In this document: one piece after another, positions 46,501-54,380 of the stretch
How positions within the stretch are numbered: the first letter of the stretch is position 1
Layout: each line of letters begins with the position of its first letter
From: Eledone cirrhosa
Taxonomy: Eukaryota
Length of the DNA stretch: 64,000 nt
Reading direction: 5' to 3'
Assembly (NCBI GenBank): GCA_964016885.1
Contig: OZ024741.1
Location: forward strand, 254,200,001-254,264,000
The notes under the pieces: model-generated
The model's database searches: none
Told to the model about the DNA's origin: nothing
What the model saw: the letters and a program-made list of their open reading frames with translations, nothing else
Program-made: the position numbers and the translations under genes

Positions 46501-49305
46501 AATACACTAACCATGTCGCATCACACTATATACGCCTCGTACACTAACTATGTCCCATCACACTATATACACCAAATACACTAACCATGTCCCACCACAC
46601 TATATACACTTAGTACAGAAACCATGTCCCACCACACTATTTACATCTAGTACACTAACCATGTCCCACCACACTATATACACCTAATACACTAACCATG
46701 CCCCACCACACTATATACGCCTAGTACACTAACCATGTCCCACCACACTATATACACCTAATACACTAACTATGTCCCATCACACTATATACCCCTAGTA
46801 CACTAACCATGTCCCACCACACTATATACACCTAGTACACTAACCATGTCCCACCACACTATATACCCCTATTATACTAACCATGTCCCACCACACTATA
46901 TACACTAAATACACTAACCATGTCCCATCACACTATATACACCTAGTACACTAACTATGTCCCACAACACTATATACACCTAGTACACTAACTATCTTCC
47001 ACCACACTATATACACCAAATACACTAACCATGTCCCACCACACTATATACACCAAATACACTAACCATGTCCCATCACACTATATACACCAAATACACT
47101 AACCATGTCCCACCACACTATATACACCTAGTACACTAACCATGTCCCATGAAACTATATACACCTAGTCCACGAACCATGTCCCACCACACTATACACA
47201 CCAAATATACTAACCATGTCCCACCACACTATACACACCAAATATACTAACCATGTCCCACCACACTATATACACCTAATACACTAACCATGTCCCACCA
47301 CACTCTATACACCTATTACACTAACCATGTCCCACCACACTATATACACCTAGTACACAAAACATGTCCCACCACACTATATACACCTAGTACACTAACC
47401 ATGTCCCACCACACTATATACACCTAATACACTAACTATGTCCCAAGACACTATATACTCCAAATACACTAACCATGTCCCACCACACTATATACACCTC
47501 ATAAACTAACCATGTCCCAATACACGATATACACCTAGTACACTAAACAGTCCCACAACCCTATATACAGCTAATACACTAACCATGTCCCACCACACTA
47601 TATACACCTATTACACTAACCATGTCTCACCGCACTATAAACACCTAATACACTAAACATGTCCGATCACACTATATACACCTAGTACACTAACCATGTT
47701 CCACATGGAAATGCAATAAATCACCAGAAGCTTGTAGCAAATGACACTATTGTTCACTTAAAAACTTATGATATAAAATAATTACATTTAACATCTTACC
47801 TTCAGGTTGCATTAAAATGGTGTTGGGTTGGCTAAGGCCACCTATAGAGGTTGCATGTACAGATACTTTGTACTGGTAACCATATTGTAGATCTTTTAGG
47901 ACACAGCTTAGAGTCTCCTAGAGAACAAAATAGAGCAGACAAAAACGTCTTTGCTATTATTTTACACAGAGATTAATGAAAGATAAAATTAGAAAGGGAT
48001 TAACGTGACATGGATTGGCAGTATCGGTAGCGGGTCGGACGCCATGCTTTCCAGCATAGTTACGTCCCTTTACGATCTGAGTTCAAATCACGCCGAGGTT
48101 GACTTGCCTTTCATCCTTACGGGGTCGATAAAATAAAGTACCAGTAATGCACTGGGTAATTGCTGGCCTTGTGCCTAAAGTAGAAACAATTAATCACTCA
48201 AAGAGGAGGGGGACTTACAATTCAATGATACTGAGATACACCACAACCAACTACCCTAACACCACCCCTTTCTCTAAAAAGTTATGTTGGTACAACATCC
48301 AGTCCAAACTAATGAGGTTGTGTAGGTGTCATGACAAAAAACACACAGTCGACGCTGTAAAGTAGTCGTGTAGGTGACACTGTAAAAAGCTCCCAGTCCA
48401 CACTGCAAATGTGGTTGGAGCTAGGAAGGGCATCCAGCCATAGAAAACCTGCCAGATAGTCCTATATGAGCGAGACACTGTCACCCGATCAATGTTGCCA
48501 CAAGTGGGACAATTCCCATCTAACCCATACTAGCGTGGGAGATAGACATTAAACGATAATGAGGATGATAATAACTGAGAGGTTTATTTTGTGGAGGGGC
48601 TTATTAAATAATCTGGGATCTTGGTTTTGCTCTCCAGGCAGCTGATTTATCAGCTGAATACCCAATGAACCCAGAAAAGAACAAATAAAAGCCAGACAAA
48701 TTGAGACATGAAGAAATATGTTTCTTGCTCAGTAGACCCAATGCAATGCTTACAGTAAGTTTTGAATTCATATCCTTGAAGTCAGTAGTCTGACTATTTT
48801 ACCCCAACAGGATTTTTATTTTTAAGCATAATATAATAACCCCCTCTCCACCTTAGTAGCTGTTATCATCACTGTGCTCCCCATGAAATAAGAGATTACA
48901 CCATCCCTTCCTATGCATCATACTCTCAAATCCTACCACAACTGTCATATACCCAAACATATCGCCCATTTAACCCTTCCCTCTGTCCTGGTGCCATTTT
49001 TAAAAATGCAGAAACATGTGATATGCAAGCCCCATGTCCTCCTGAAAGCTCAGGAGAAGGAGGAGCAGAAACTGAAAAAAGTAGAAAACCTACCGGTGAA
49101 AGTTTAAGTGTGCTCCTGTCTGGTTTTATGTATGGTGCCTGTAAAAGTGGCACCTCTTTCTTCCTAAAGACCAAATATCCAGTGATTGGGTTTTTGTCCG
49201 AAAGGTGGGCTGGAGCTTTCCAATTGATATAGATATTTGAAATGTTACTTCTATATCTATTCACTTCTGCTTTCCAGGCATGCAGGCTACGCACAGGTTC
49301 TGGTG
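2330..49305 (-). CDS. Receptor tyrosine kinase gene span (FN3-TM-kinase with insert; Ret/FGFR/Torso-like), multi-exon, 5' end uncertain
   Basis: GT-AG exons join in consistent phase. Motifs: FN3, TM, GEGAFG, VAVK, alphaC Glu, [44 protein letters not shown]. Confidence 0.9.
5107..5286 (-). CDS. RTK exon: kinase subdomain XI and proximal tail ([21 protein letters not shown]...CYLEL)
   Basis: tttacag acceptor, gtaaga donor, CW/RP motif; phase 2 to 2. Confidence 0.92.
5305..6130. repeat. Degenerating ~40-bp minisatellite (ACTCACATCACAAATGTAACAACTGTAACACATTCATGTC)
   Basis: Near-exact copies at ~5309, 5349 and 5389, then diverged copies. Confidence 0.85.
6614..6751 (-). CDS. RTK exon: subdomains IX-X ([20 protein letters not shown]...[14 protein letters not shown])
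   Basis: Canonical TK motif; ttttag acceptor, gtatgt donor. Confidence 0.95.
7160..9440 (-). mobile_element. Degraded RTE-clade LINE (APE endonuclease + N-terminal RT) with internal deletion joining it to the 3' (ATG)n tail
   Basis: ORFs 8117-9247 (TLNVG, QEVRW, SAYAP, GDFNG), 7766-8104 and 7243-7842 (NYRGIKL, QFGF); RTE tail at ~7165-7215. Confidence 0.9.
9820..10340 (-). mobile_element. 5'-truncated RTE 3' UTR fragment
   Basis: Shares 3' UTR motifs (cccttcctaa, actttacagtg, catcatcatc tail) with the longer RTE copies. Confidence 0.75.
10516..10730 (-). CDS. RTK exon: catalytic and activation loops ([20 protein letters not shown]...DFGLARDVY...LPYKWMAIE...KSDV)
   Basis: Hallmark tyrosine kinase motifs; tttag acceptor, gtgagt donor. 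Confidence 0.97.
10968..11058. repeat. (GA)n microsatellite
   Basis: Perfect dinucleotide run. Confidence 0.97.
11279..11340 (-). CDS. RTK exon: alphaE helix ([21 protein letters not shown])
   Basis: ctctag acceptor, gtgagt donor; QIA.GM motif joins in frame to EYL. Confidence 0.92.
12160..12590 (+). mobile_element. CR1-clade LINE 3' fragment
   Basis: GHAYKVRKQ...[17 protein letters not shown]...FK matches the CR1 ORF2 C-terminus; ends in an (ATT)n tail. Confidence 0.8.
12895..12970 (-). CDS. RTK putative kinase-insert exon ([25 protein letters not shown])
   Basis: tatacag acceptor; phase 0 to 1 supplies the phase change needed between exons 16715 and 11340; donor GTTGAT is weak. Confidence 0.6.
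13660..15295 (-). mobile_element. 5'-truncated RTE LINE (RT C-terminal half, PHD-like finger, 3' UTR, (ATG)n tail)
   Basis: ORFs with [20 protein letters not shown]...WVHKRC and RRLRWY; same subfamily as 50408-52176. Confidence 0.92.
15362..15457 (-). CDS. RTK candidate kinase-insert exon ([32 protein letters not shown])
   Basis: Strong acceptor ttttcactttcag, donor gtatgt, 96 nt, symmetric phase 0, no stop; no homology support. Confidence 0.45.
15520..16300 (+). mobile_element. Old RTE/BovB-like 3' fragment interrupted by a younger RTE 3' UTR piece (~15655-16030)
   Basis: Translates ...[10 protein letters not shown].. and, after the insert, RWISHTL...GRGKPRNTW; the insert ends in gatgatgatg. 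Confidence 0.65.
16715..16899 (-). CDS. RTK exon: alphaC to hinge ([18 protein letters not shown]...HIVSLIG...[19 protein letters not shown])
   Basis: ttcttcag acceptor, gtaagt donor, kinase subdomains III-V. Confidence 0.95.
17110..18542 (-). mobile_element. Non-autonomous Helitron/Helentron-associated (DINE-1/HINE-like) element
   Basis: Terminus TACTAGCAGTGTATCCCGGCGTTGCACGGG on the minus strand; GACA-type microsatellite and TA run at the other end; shares an ~80-bp module with 29220-29300. Confidence 0.6.
18572..18763. mobile_element. TTAA-type (piggyBac-like) MITE
   Basis: (T)TAACCCTTTA ... TAAAGGGTTAA ends; internal sequence is the inverse homolog of 20698-20914. Confidence 0.65.
19135..19375 (-). 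mobile_element. Short RTE 3' end fragment
   Basis: Near-identical to 13660-13900; (CAT)n tail. Confidence 0.8.
19508..20124 (+). mobile_element. Internally deleted mariner/Tc1 relic
   Basis: Imperfect inverted ends (gaggtagcatcaacaaatttcaggactagtt / aactagtccatgaactttttgatacctc); transposase remnants EQ..NVKF and [14 protein letters not shown]. Confidence 0.75.
20698..20914. mobile_element. TTAA-type (piggyBac-like) MITE
   Basis: TTAA-CCCTTTA ... TAAAGGG-TTAA. Confidence 0.7.
21261..21462 (-). CDS. RTK exon: juxtamembrane, Gly loop and catalytic Lys ([10 protein letters not shown]...IGEGAFGKV...VAVKMLK)
   Basis: tattttag acceptor, gtaaga donor; GxGxFG and VAVK. Confidence 0.96.
21560..26810. 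repeat. Intronic minisatellite, 14-bp unit CTACATACATTACA with 16-bp variants, ~5.2 kb
   Basis: Directly visible; homogeneous centre, degenerate edges. Confidence 0.97.
27240..28230. repeat. Degenerate ~55-60-bp tandem repeat (ttaacc.tgtggtaat.gctgagtaagagaggttac...), interrupted by RTE/SINE fragments at ~27440-27895
   Basis: Recurrent tgtggtaat / gagtaagagaggtt / aatttaaatttaagttaa motifs. Confidence 0.7.
28245..28393 (-). CDS. RTK transmembrane exon ([37 protein letters not shown]...NQTK)
   Basis: ttttatag acceptor, gtaagt donor; ~24-aa hydrophobic stretch; phases 1 to 0 fit both neighbours. Confidence 0.9.
28620..29503 (+). mobile_element. Non-autonomous Helitron/HINE-like element with internal duplications
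   Basis: Starts ACTAGCAGTGGTACCTGACGTTGCACGGG; internal repeats; cagacagaca motif; ends tttatatatatagat. Confidence 0.65.
29650..31250 (-). mobile_element. Heavily degraded L1/Tx1-clade LINE ORF2 fragment
   Basis: Across frameshifts: AFD...VL...FGPV/FQNWI..IYS....[24 protein letters not shown] (YADD relic), VTGA.I..KS, RKLSLKG. Confidence 0.7.
31286..31330 (-). CDS. RTK 45-nt extracellular juxtamembrane exon ([15 protein letters not shown])
   Basis: ttttcaattacag acceptor, gtgagt donor, symmetric phase 1, open frame. Confidence 0.75.
31430..47705. repeat. Intronic satellite, 37-bp unit ACACTAACCATGTCCCACCACACTATATACACC(A/T)A(A/G)T, ~16.3 kb (~440 copies)
   Basis: Directly visible; includes shorter (e.g. 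28-bp) deletion variants and recurring variant blocks. Confidence 0.98.
47800..47917 (-). CDS. RTK exon: FN3 second half ([31 protein letters not shown]...)
   Basis: ttctctag acceptor, gtaaga donor; FN3 L..G..Y.V.V.A...GG.S pattern. Confidence 0.9.
48010..48190 (+). mobile_element. tRNA-derived SINE (similar copies at ~2710-2860, 4290-4480, 4830-4960, 11090-11250, 28460-28600)
   Basis: B-box-like gagttcaaatc followed by recurrent body gactt.gcctttcatcct...gtcgataaaataaagtaccagt. Confidence 0.7.
48270..48570 (+). mobile_element. RTE 3' UTR fragment
   Basis: Homologous to 3' UTR of 58727-59442 (aggaagggcatccagcc, taaacgat tail). Confidence 0.7.
49094..49305 (-). CDS. RTK exon: FN3 first half ([11 protein letters not shown]...IYINWKAP...[11 protein letters not shown]...)
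   Basis: tttctcatgcag acceptor, gtaggt donor; FN3 P.P..L, W..P and I.GY pattern; in phase with exon 47917. Confidence 0.88.
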
Positions 49306-50160
49306 CTGCATGAGAAATTATAATATTGGTGTAATGGAGACATTTCTGCCTGGCAAGCTTAAAGGTAGGGTTCTGAGACCTGCAAGAGCTAATGTCCATT
49401 TTTTCCCCCTTAAGGTAGCTGATACGCCCTATTATTTAGACTTTTCTTCTAGAGTTACACAATTTAATGAAGCATCTTTGTCCTGAATATAAATATATTC
49501 TCAGGGAAATGGGAAAACTCGGCGTATGGAAGCTGTTAGACCAACAAAATGCCGTCGAAGAGGTGTTAGGTAAAATATTACCTTGAAGAACAGAGATCAG
49601 AGGCTAGATGTGAGTTGACTCAAAGGAAAGAAGAGAAGATAGGAAGGAGGAAAAAGGATGTATGAAAGTGAACAGGTCACAAAAATTAAATAATGGTCTT
49701 CAGATCTCAGCCTCCTGCAGTTTCAATGAATTAATGAGATTACTGCTGAGAATAGGAGGCTCGTAAGGGAGAAACAAATATCTTCGTTCATATAATGTTT
49801 GTGTTGGGACAGGTTAGTGAGAGAGAGAAAAATGAAGTGTGTCTTATTGACCCCAAGTCATCACAAGAAAGGAAGAATATTGGCGTCAGTAGAGCTGGCC
49901 TGTAGAAGGGAGAGACAGAAAGGAAGAAGGTGGCAGAGGAGGAAAGATAGGGAGGAGTGAGAGAGAGTGAAGAGAAAGAAAGAATGAATGTACGGTGGAG
50001 AGAGGAAGAGGAAAGAAAACACAACTCACCTCAAGCATGGTATAAAGTCTGCTTTAGAAGGCTAAAGTAGCTTTTGAAGGTATAAATAAATTAACTCTAA
50101 AATAGAGTTTTGAGACATGAATGTATTAGGATTCTAAGGGAAATGGGAAATCTCGGCGTA

Positions 50161-50381
50161 TAAAAGGAATTCCAACTTTGTCTGATTTACTCGTTTTATT
50201 TACAATCCATTAACATTATAATGGTATTAGAATGAAACTGAAGATTGTGAAAGATGAAAGTACTTGTTCAATTGACACTTAACATTTAATATTCTACCAT
50301 ACTATTTCATTATAATACCATTATAATTTTAAAGGATTGTAAATAAAATGAGTGAATCAGCCAAAGTTGGAATTCCTTTTA
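50161..50381. repeat. Foldback/MITE-like inverted repeat, ~77-bp arms
   Basis: taaaaggaattccaactttg...aatgaaa mirrored by tttcatt...caaagttggaattcctttta. Confidence 0.8.
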
Positions 50382-50407
50382 TTATTATACATATATATAT
50401 ATATATA

Positions 50408-52176
50408 CCTACAAAGGTAAAGGCGATGCACTAAATAGAGGAAACTATAGAGGTATAAAGTTGATGGACCAGGTCATGAAAGTAACAAAAAGAGTTATAG
50501 CACAGTTGATTAGGGACCGGGTAAAAATAGACGAGATGCAATTTGGGTTTGTACCAGGAAGAGGCACCACTGATGCCCTCTTCCTTGTGAGGCAATTATA
50601 GGAAAAGTACCTAGTTAAAAGTAAGCCACTCTACTTTGCATTTGTCGACCTTGAGAAAGCCTTTGACAGAGTTCCACGTGCTGTAATCTGGTGGGCTCTT
50701 AGAAAATTAGGAGTAGATGAATGGCTTGTGAAAGCGGTACAAGCCATGTATAGGGGAGCAGTCAGCAAAGTTAGGATTAGCAATGAGTATAGCGAGTAAT
50801 TTAGCGTACAGGTTCGGGTCCACCAGGGCTCTGTTCTTAGCCCCCTCCTGTTCATCATAGTCCTGCAGGCAATAACGGAGGAGTTTAAGACCGGATGCCC
50901 ATGGGAACTCCTGTATGCTGATGACCTCGCACTCATAGCTGAATCTATGGTAGAACTAGAGAATAAATTCCAAACTTGGAAGCAGGGACTAGAAAGAAAG
51001 GGTCTTAACGTCAACGTGACAAAGACTAAGGTCCTTGTAAGTAGATGAGAAAACAGAACCCAGATCCCCTCAGGGAAATGGCCTTGCTCAGTATGTAGGA
51101 AAGGTGTAGGTAGGAACTCCATTCTCTGCCCCAAATGCAAACAATGGGTACACAAGAGATGTAGCAGGATCTCAGGAAGCTTAATTAAGAATGTAGGCTT
51201 CACATGCAGCAGCTGTGCTGAGACAGCAAGCAGCAAACAGCCACAGGAAACAAGTACCACCAATCTCTGTGAGGGCTCTGTAGAAACAGTAGACAGCTTC
51301 TGCTACCTAGGTGACCGAATCAGCAGCGGAAGTGGGTGTTCAGAAAGTACAATAACTAGGGTAAGAACGGGATGGAAGAAGTTTAGGGAACTACTACCAC
51401 TGCTAGCTGCAAAAGGCTTCTCCCTCAGAAAGAAAGGCAGACTGTATGATGCGTGTATCCGAACAGCAATGTTGCATGGTAGTGAGACCTGGGCGCTGAA
51501 GGAGGAAGATTTACGTAGATTAGAGAGAAACGAAGCCTGCATGCTCCGATGGATGTGTAACAGTAATATATGAGAACGACAAACCATAAATGAATTGAGA
51601 GAGAGACTGAGCATAAGAGGAATCAAATGCTGTGTGCAGGAAAGCGGTTGCGCTGGTATGGACATGTGATGCGTATGAAGGATGACAGCTGCATAAAAAG
51701 GTGCAGAGCACTAGAAGTTGATGGAAACCGCGGAGTGGGGAAACCCAAGATAACCTGGGATGAGATGATAAAAGCCGACCTTACCCAATTACACCTCTCA
51801 AAGGCAATGACACACAACCGTGACTTCTGGCGTCACGCAGTAATACAGAGTACCCGACTTCCCATGGGTACAAGCTGAAGCATATAGACAATATGCCCCC
51901 ACACCCCCCACCGCAAGGTGGTCGTGGAGGTGCCACGGCAAAAAAGCACCCAGCCCACACTGTAAAGTGGACGTGTAGGTGCCACGAAAAAGCACCCAGC
52001 ACTCACTGTAAATGAGGTTGGTGTTAGGAAGGGCATCCAGCTGTAGAAATCAAGCCAGAATCAGTTCCTGTATGAGCAAGGCATGGTCAGCCGACCAGAC
52101 ACTGCCCACAACAGGACAACCCGTCTAACCCATGCTAGCGTGGAAGAACGGACGTAAAACGGTGATGATGATGATG
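50408..52176 (+). mobile_element. 5'-truncated RTE LINE (RT + 3' UTR) with stop codons, flanked by TA tracts
   Basis: YKGKGDAL.RGNYRGIKL, QFGF, YADD, PHD-like finger, RLRWYGH, (GAT)n tail. Confidence 0.93.
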
Positions 52177-52513
52177 ATATATATATATATACCTATATAC
52201 ATATATACATATATATACACATATATACATATATATACACATATATACATATATATATACATATATACATATATATATGTACATAAATACATATATATAT
52301 ATACATAAATACATATATATATACATATATATATATACATATATACATATACATATATACATATATATATACATATATACATATATATATACATATATAC
52401 ATACATATATATACATATATATACATAATATATACATATATATACATATATATATACATATATATACATATATATATACATATATACATATATATACATA
52501 TATATATACATAT
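52177..52513. repeat. Compound (TA)n/(TACA) microsatellite
   Basis: Directly visible. Confidence 0.95.
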
Positions 52514-53050
52514 ATAAAAATAGACGGTAGCCACGGAGTAGGCAGACCCAGTAAAACCTGGGACGACTTGATAAATTCCGACCTCACACACTTACACCTC
52601 TCCAAGACAATGTCACTGGATCGAGATCTTTGGCGCTACACAGTAATAGAGAAGACCCGCCTTACCTAAGTACAAAGTGAAACCTACTACAGTCAATAGG
52701 CACCTCTAACAAAATACACCCCCGTCACACTACCCACACCCCATCAACACCACCCCTTTCAATGTAAAGTTATGTTGGTGTCACAGCATCCAGCCCGAAA
52801 CAAATGATGTCGTGTAGGTGTCACGACAAAAAAACACAGAGTCCACGCTCTAATGTGGCCGTGTAGGTAACACGGTAAAAACCTCCCAGCCCCACACTGT
52901 AAATGTGGTTGGTGTTAGGAAGGGCATCCAGCCGTAGAAAACCCGCCAGACAGTCCTATGCGAGCAAGACAACCACTCTTGCCTCAAGTGGGAAAACTCC
53001 CGTCCAGACCCATGCAAGCGTGGAATATGGACGTTAAACGATGATGATGA
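52514..53050 (+). mobile_element. 5'-truncated young RTE 3' end
   Basis: [19 protein letters not shown]...; same family as the full-length copies; (GAT)n tail. Confidence 0.9.
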
Positions 53051-53066
53051 TATATATGTGTATATA

Positions 53067-53149
<83 letters not shown>

Positions 53150-53226
53150 GTATCTCTATATATATATATGTATGTATGTATATATATATATATATATGTA
53201 TATATATGTATATATGTATATATATG

Positions 53227-53757
53227 TCAGGTCATTGGCGACTAAACTGGCAACCCCACCAAGGTTTCTTGGTGAGAAGAGTGACTTTGGACATCCTGCA
53301 GGACTAAAAACAAAACCTGTCAAAGGGCAAAGGAGCTCTTAAGTGTCAATGGCCATCCAAAATCACTGGGAGTGATGACCCCTTAGCCTTTGTCAAGGCA
53401 GAATTCTAGGAGAAGGAAAACTCTGATATAACACCTGCAACCCTGATGGTATCCAATGATGTTGACTTGTTCTTTTTGGTAAATATCATCTTGGTTAAGA
53501 GAGTGGGACTGGCTTTGTACAGTGCCTTTGCTCACTATAAAAGCTACACGGCACAGGCATTGATTTATATCTGGAGATCTCTCTACACTTGTCATCACAT
53601 GGTACCATGGGCCCAGCACTATGTGTCAATAATTGTCACAAGTGTAGTATTTGTACCAGAGTTTTCAAGTCACTGGCTGGACTAAAAAGTCACACTCGTC
53701 AGCGCATCGGTAGGCGTTCTTCTACAGGGATATAAAGTTGTGGCTGTACTCGAAAAC
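53227..53757 (-). mobile_element. Unclassified interspersed repeat between TA tracts
   Basis: One end is homologous to 1441-1553; bounded by microsatellites on both sides. Confidence 0.5.
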
Positions 53758-53780
53758 GTATATATATACATATATATATG

Positions 53781-53861
<81 letters not shown>

Positions 53862-53870
53862 GTATATATG

Positions 53871-53907
<37 letters not shown>

Positions 53908-53954
53908 GTATATATGTATATATATATGTATATATATATATATATGTATATATG

Positions 53955-54040
<86 letters not shown>

Positions 54041-54166
54041 CATGTATATATATATATGTATATATGTATATGTATATGTATATATGTATATGTATATATG
54101 TATATGTATATATGTATATATATATATATGTATATGTATATATATATGTATATATATATGTATATA
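53758..54166. repeat. (TA)n/(TATG) microsatellite
   Basis: Directly visible. Confidence 0.95.
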
Positions 54167-54380
54167 GAGGTTACAATAATCAAAGTTCAGTTTAAATCAT
54201 TTATTTGCTTACAATTGTTTCCTCCAAACCGGGGTTTGGATTCTTCGGAGCAACTATTTAGTGATCTATAACATACTTGACCTCCTATATATATGTATAT
54301 ATACATGTATATGTATATATACATGTATATGTATATATATATATATGTATATGTATATATATGTATATGTATATATATAA

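Noticed and set aside
31430-47705. CRISPR-like array (37-bp period)
   Set aside because: Head-to-tail monomers without unique spacers, no cas genes, eukaryotic intron
53383-53619. Possible upstream FN3 exon (..IIGYHQGCRCYIRV)
   Set aside because: Lies within an interspersed repeat partly duplicated at 1441-1553; no convincing splice sites or FN3 Trp/Tyr pattern
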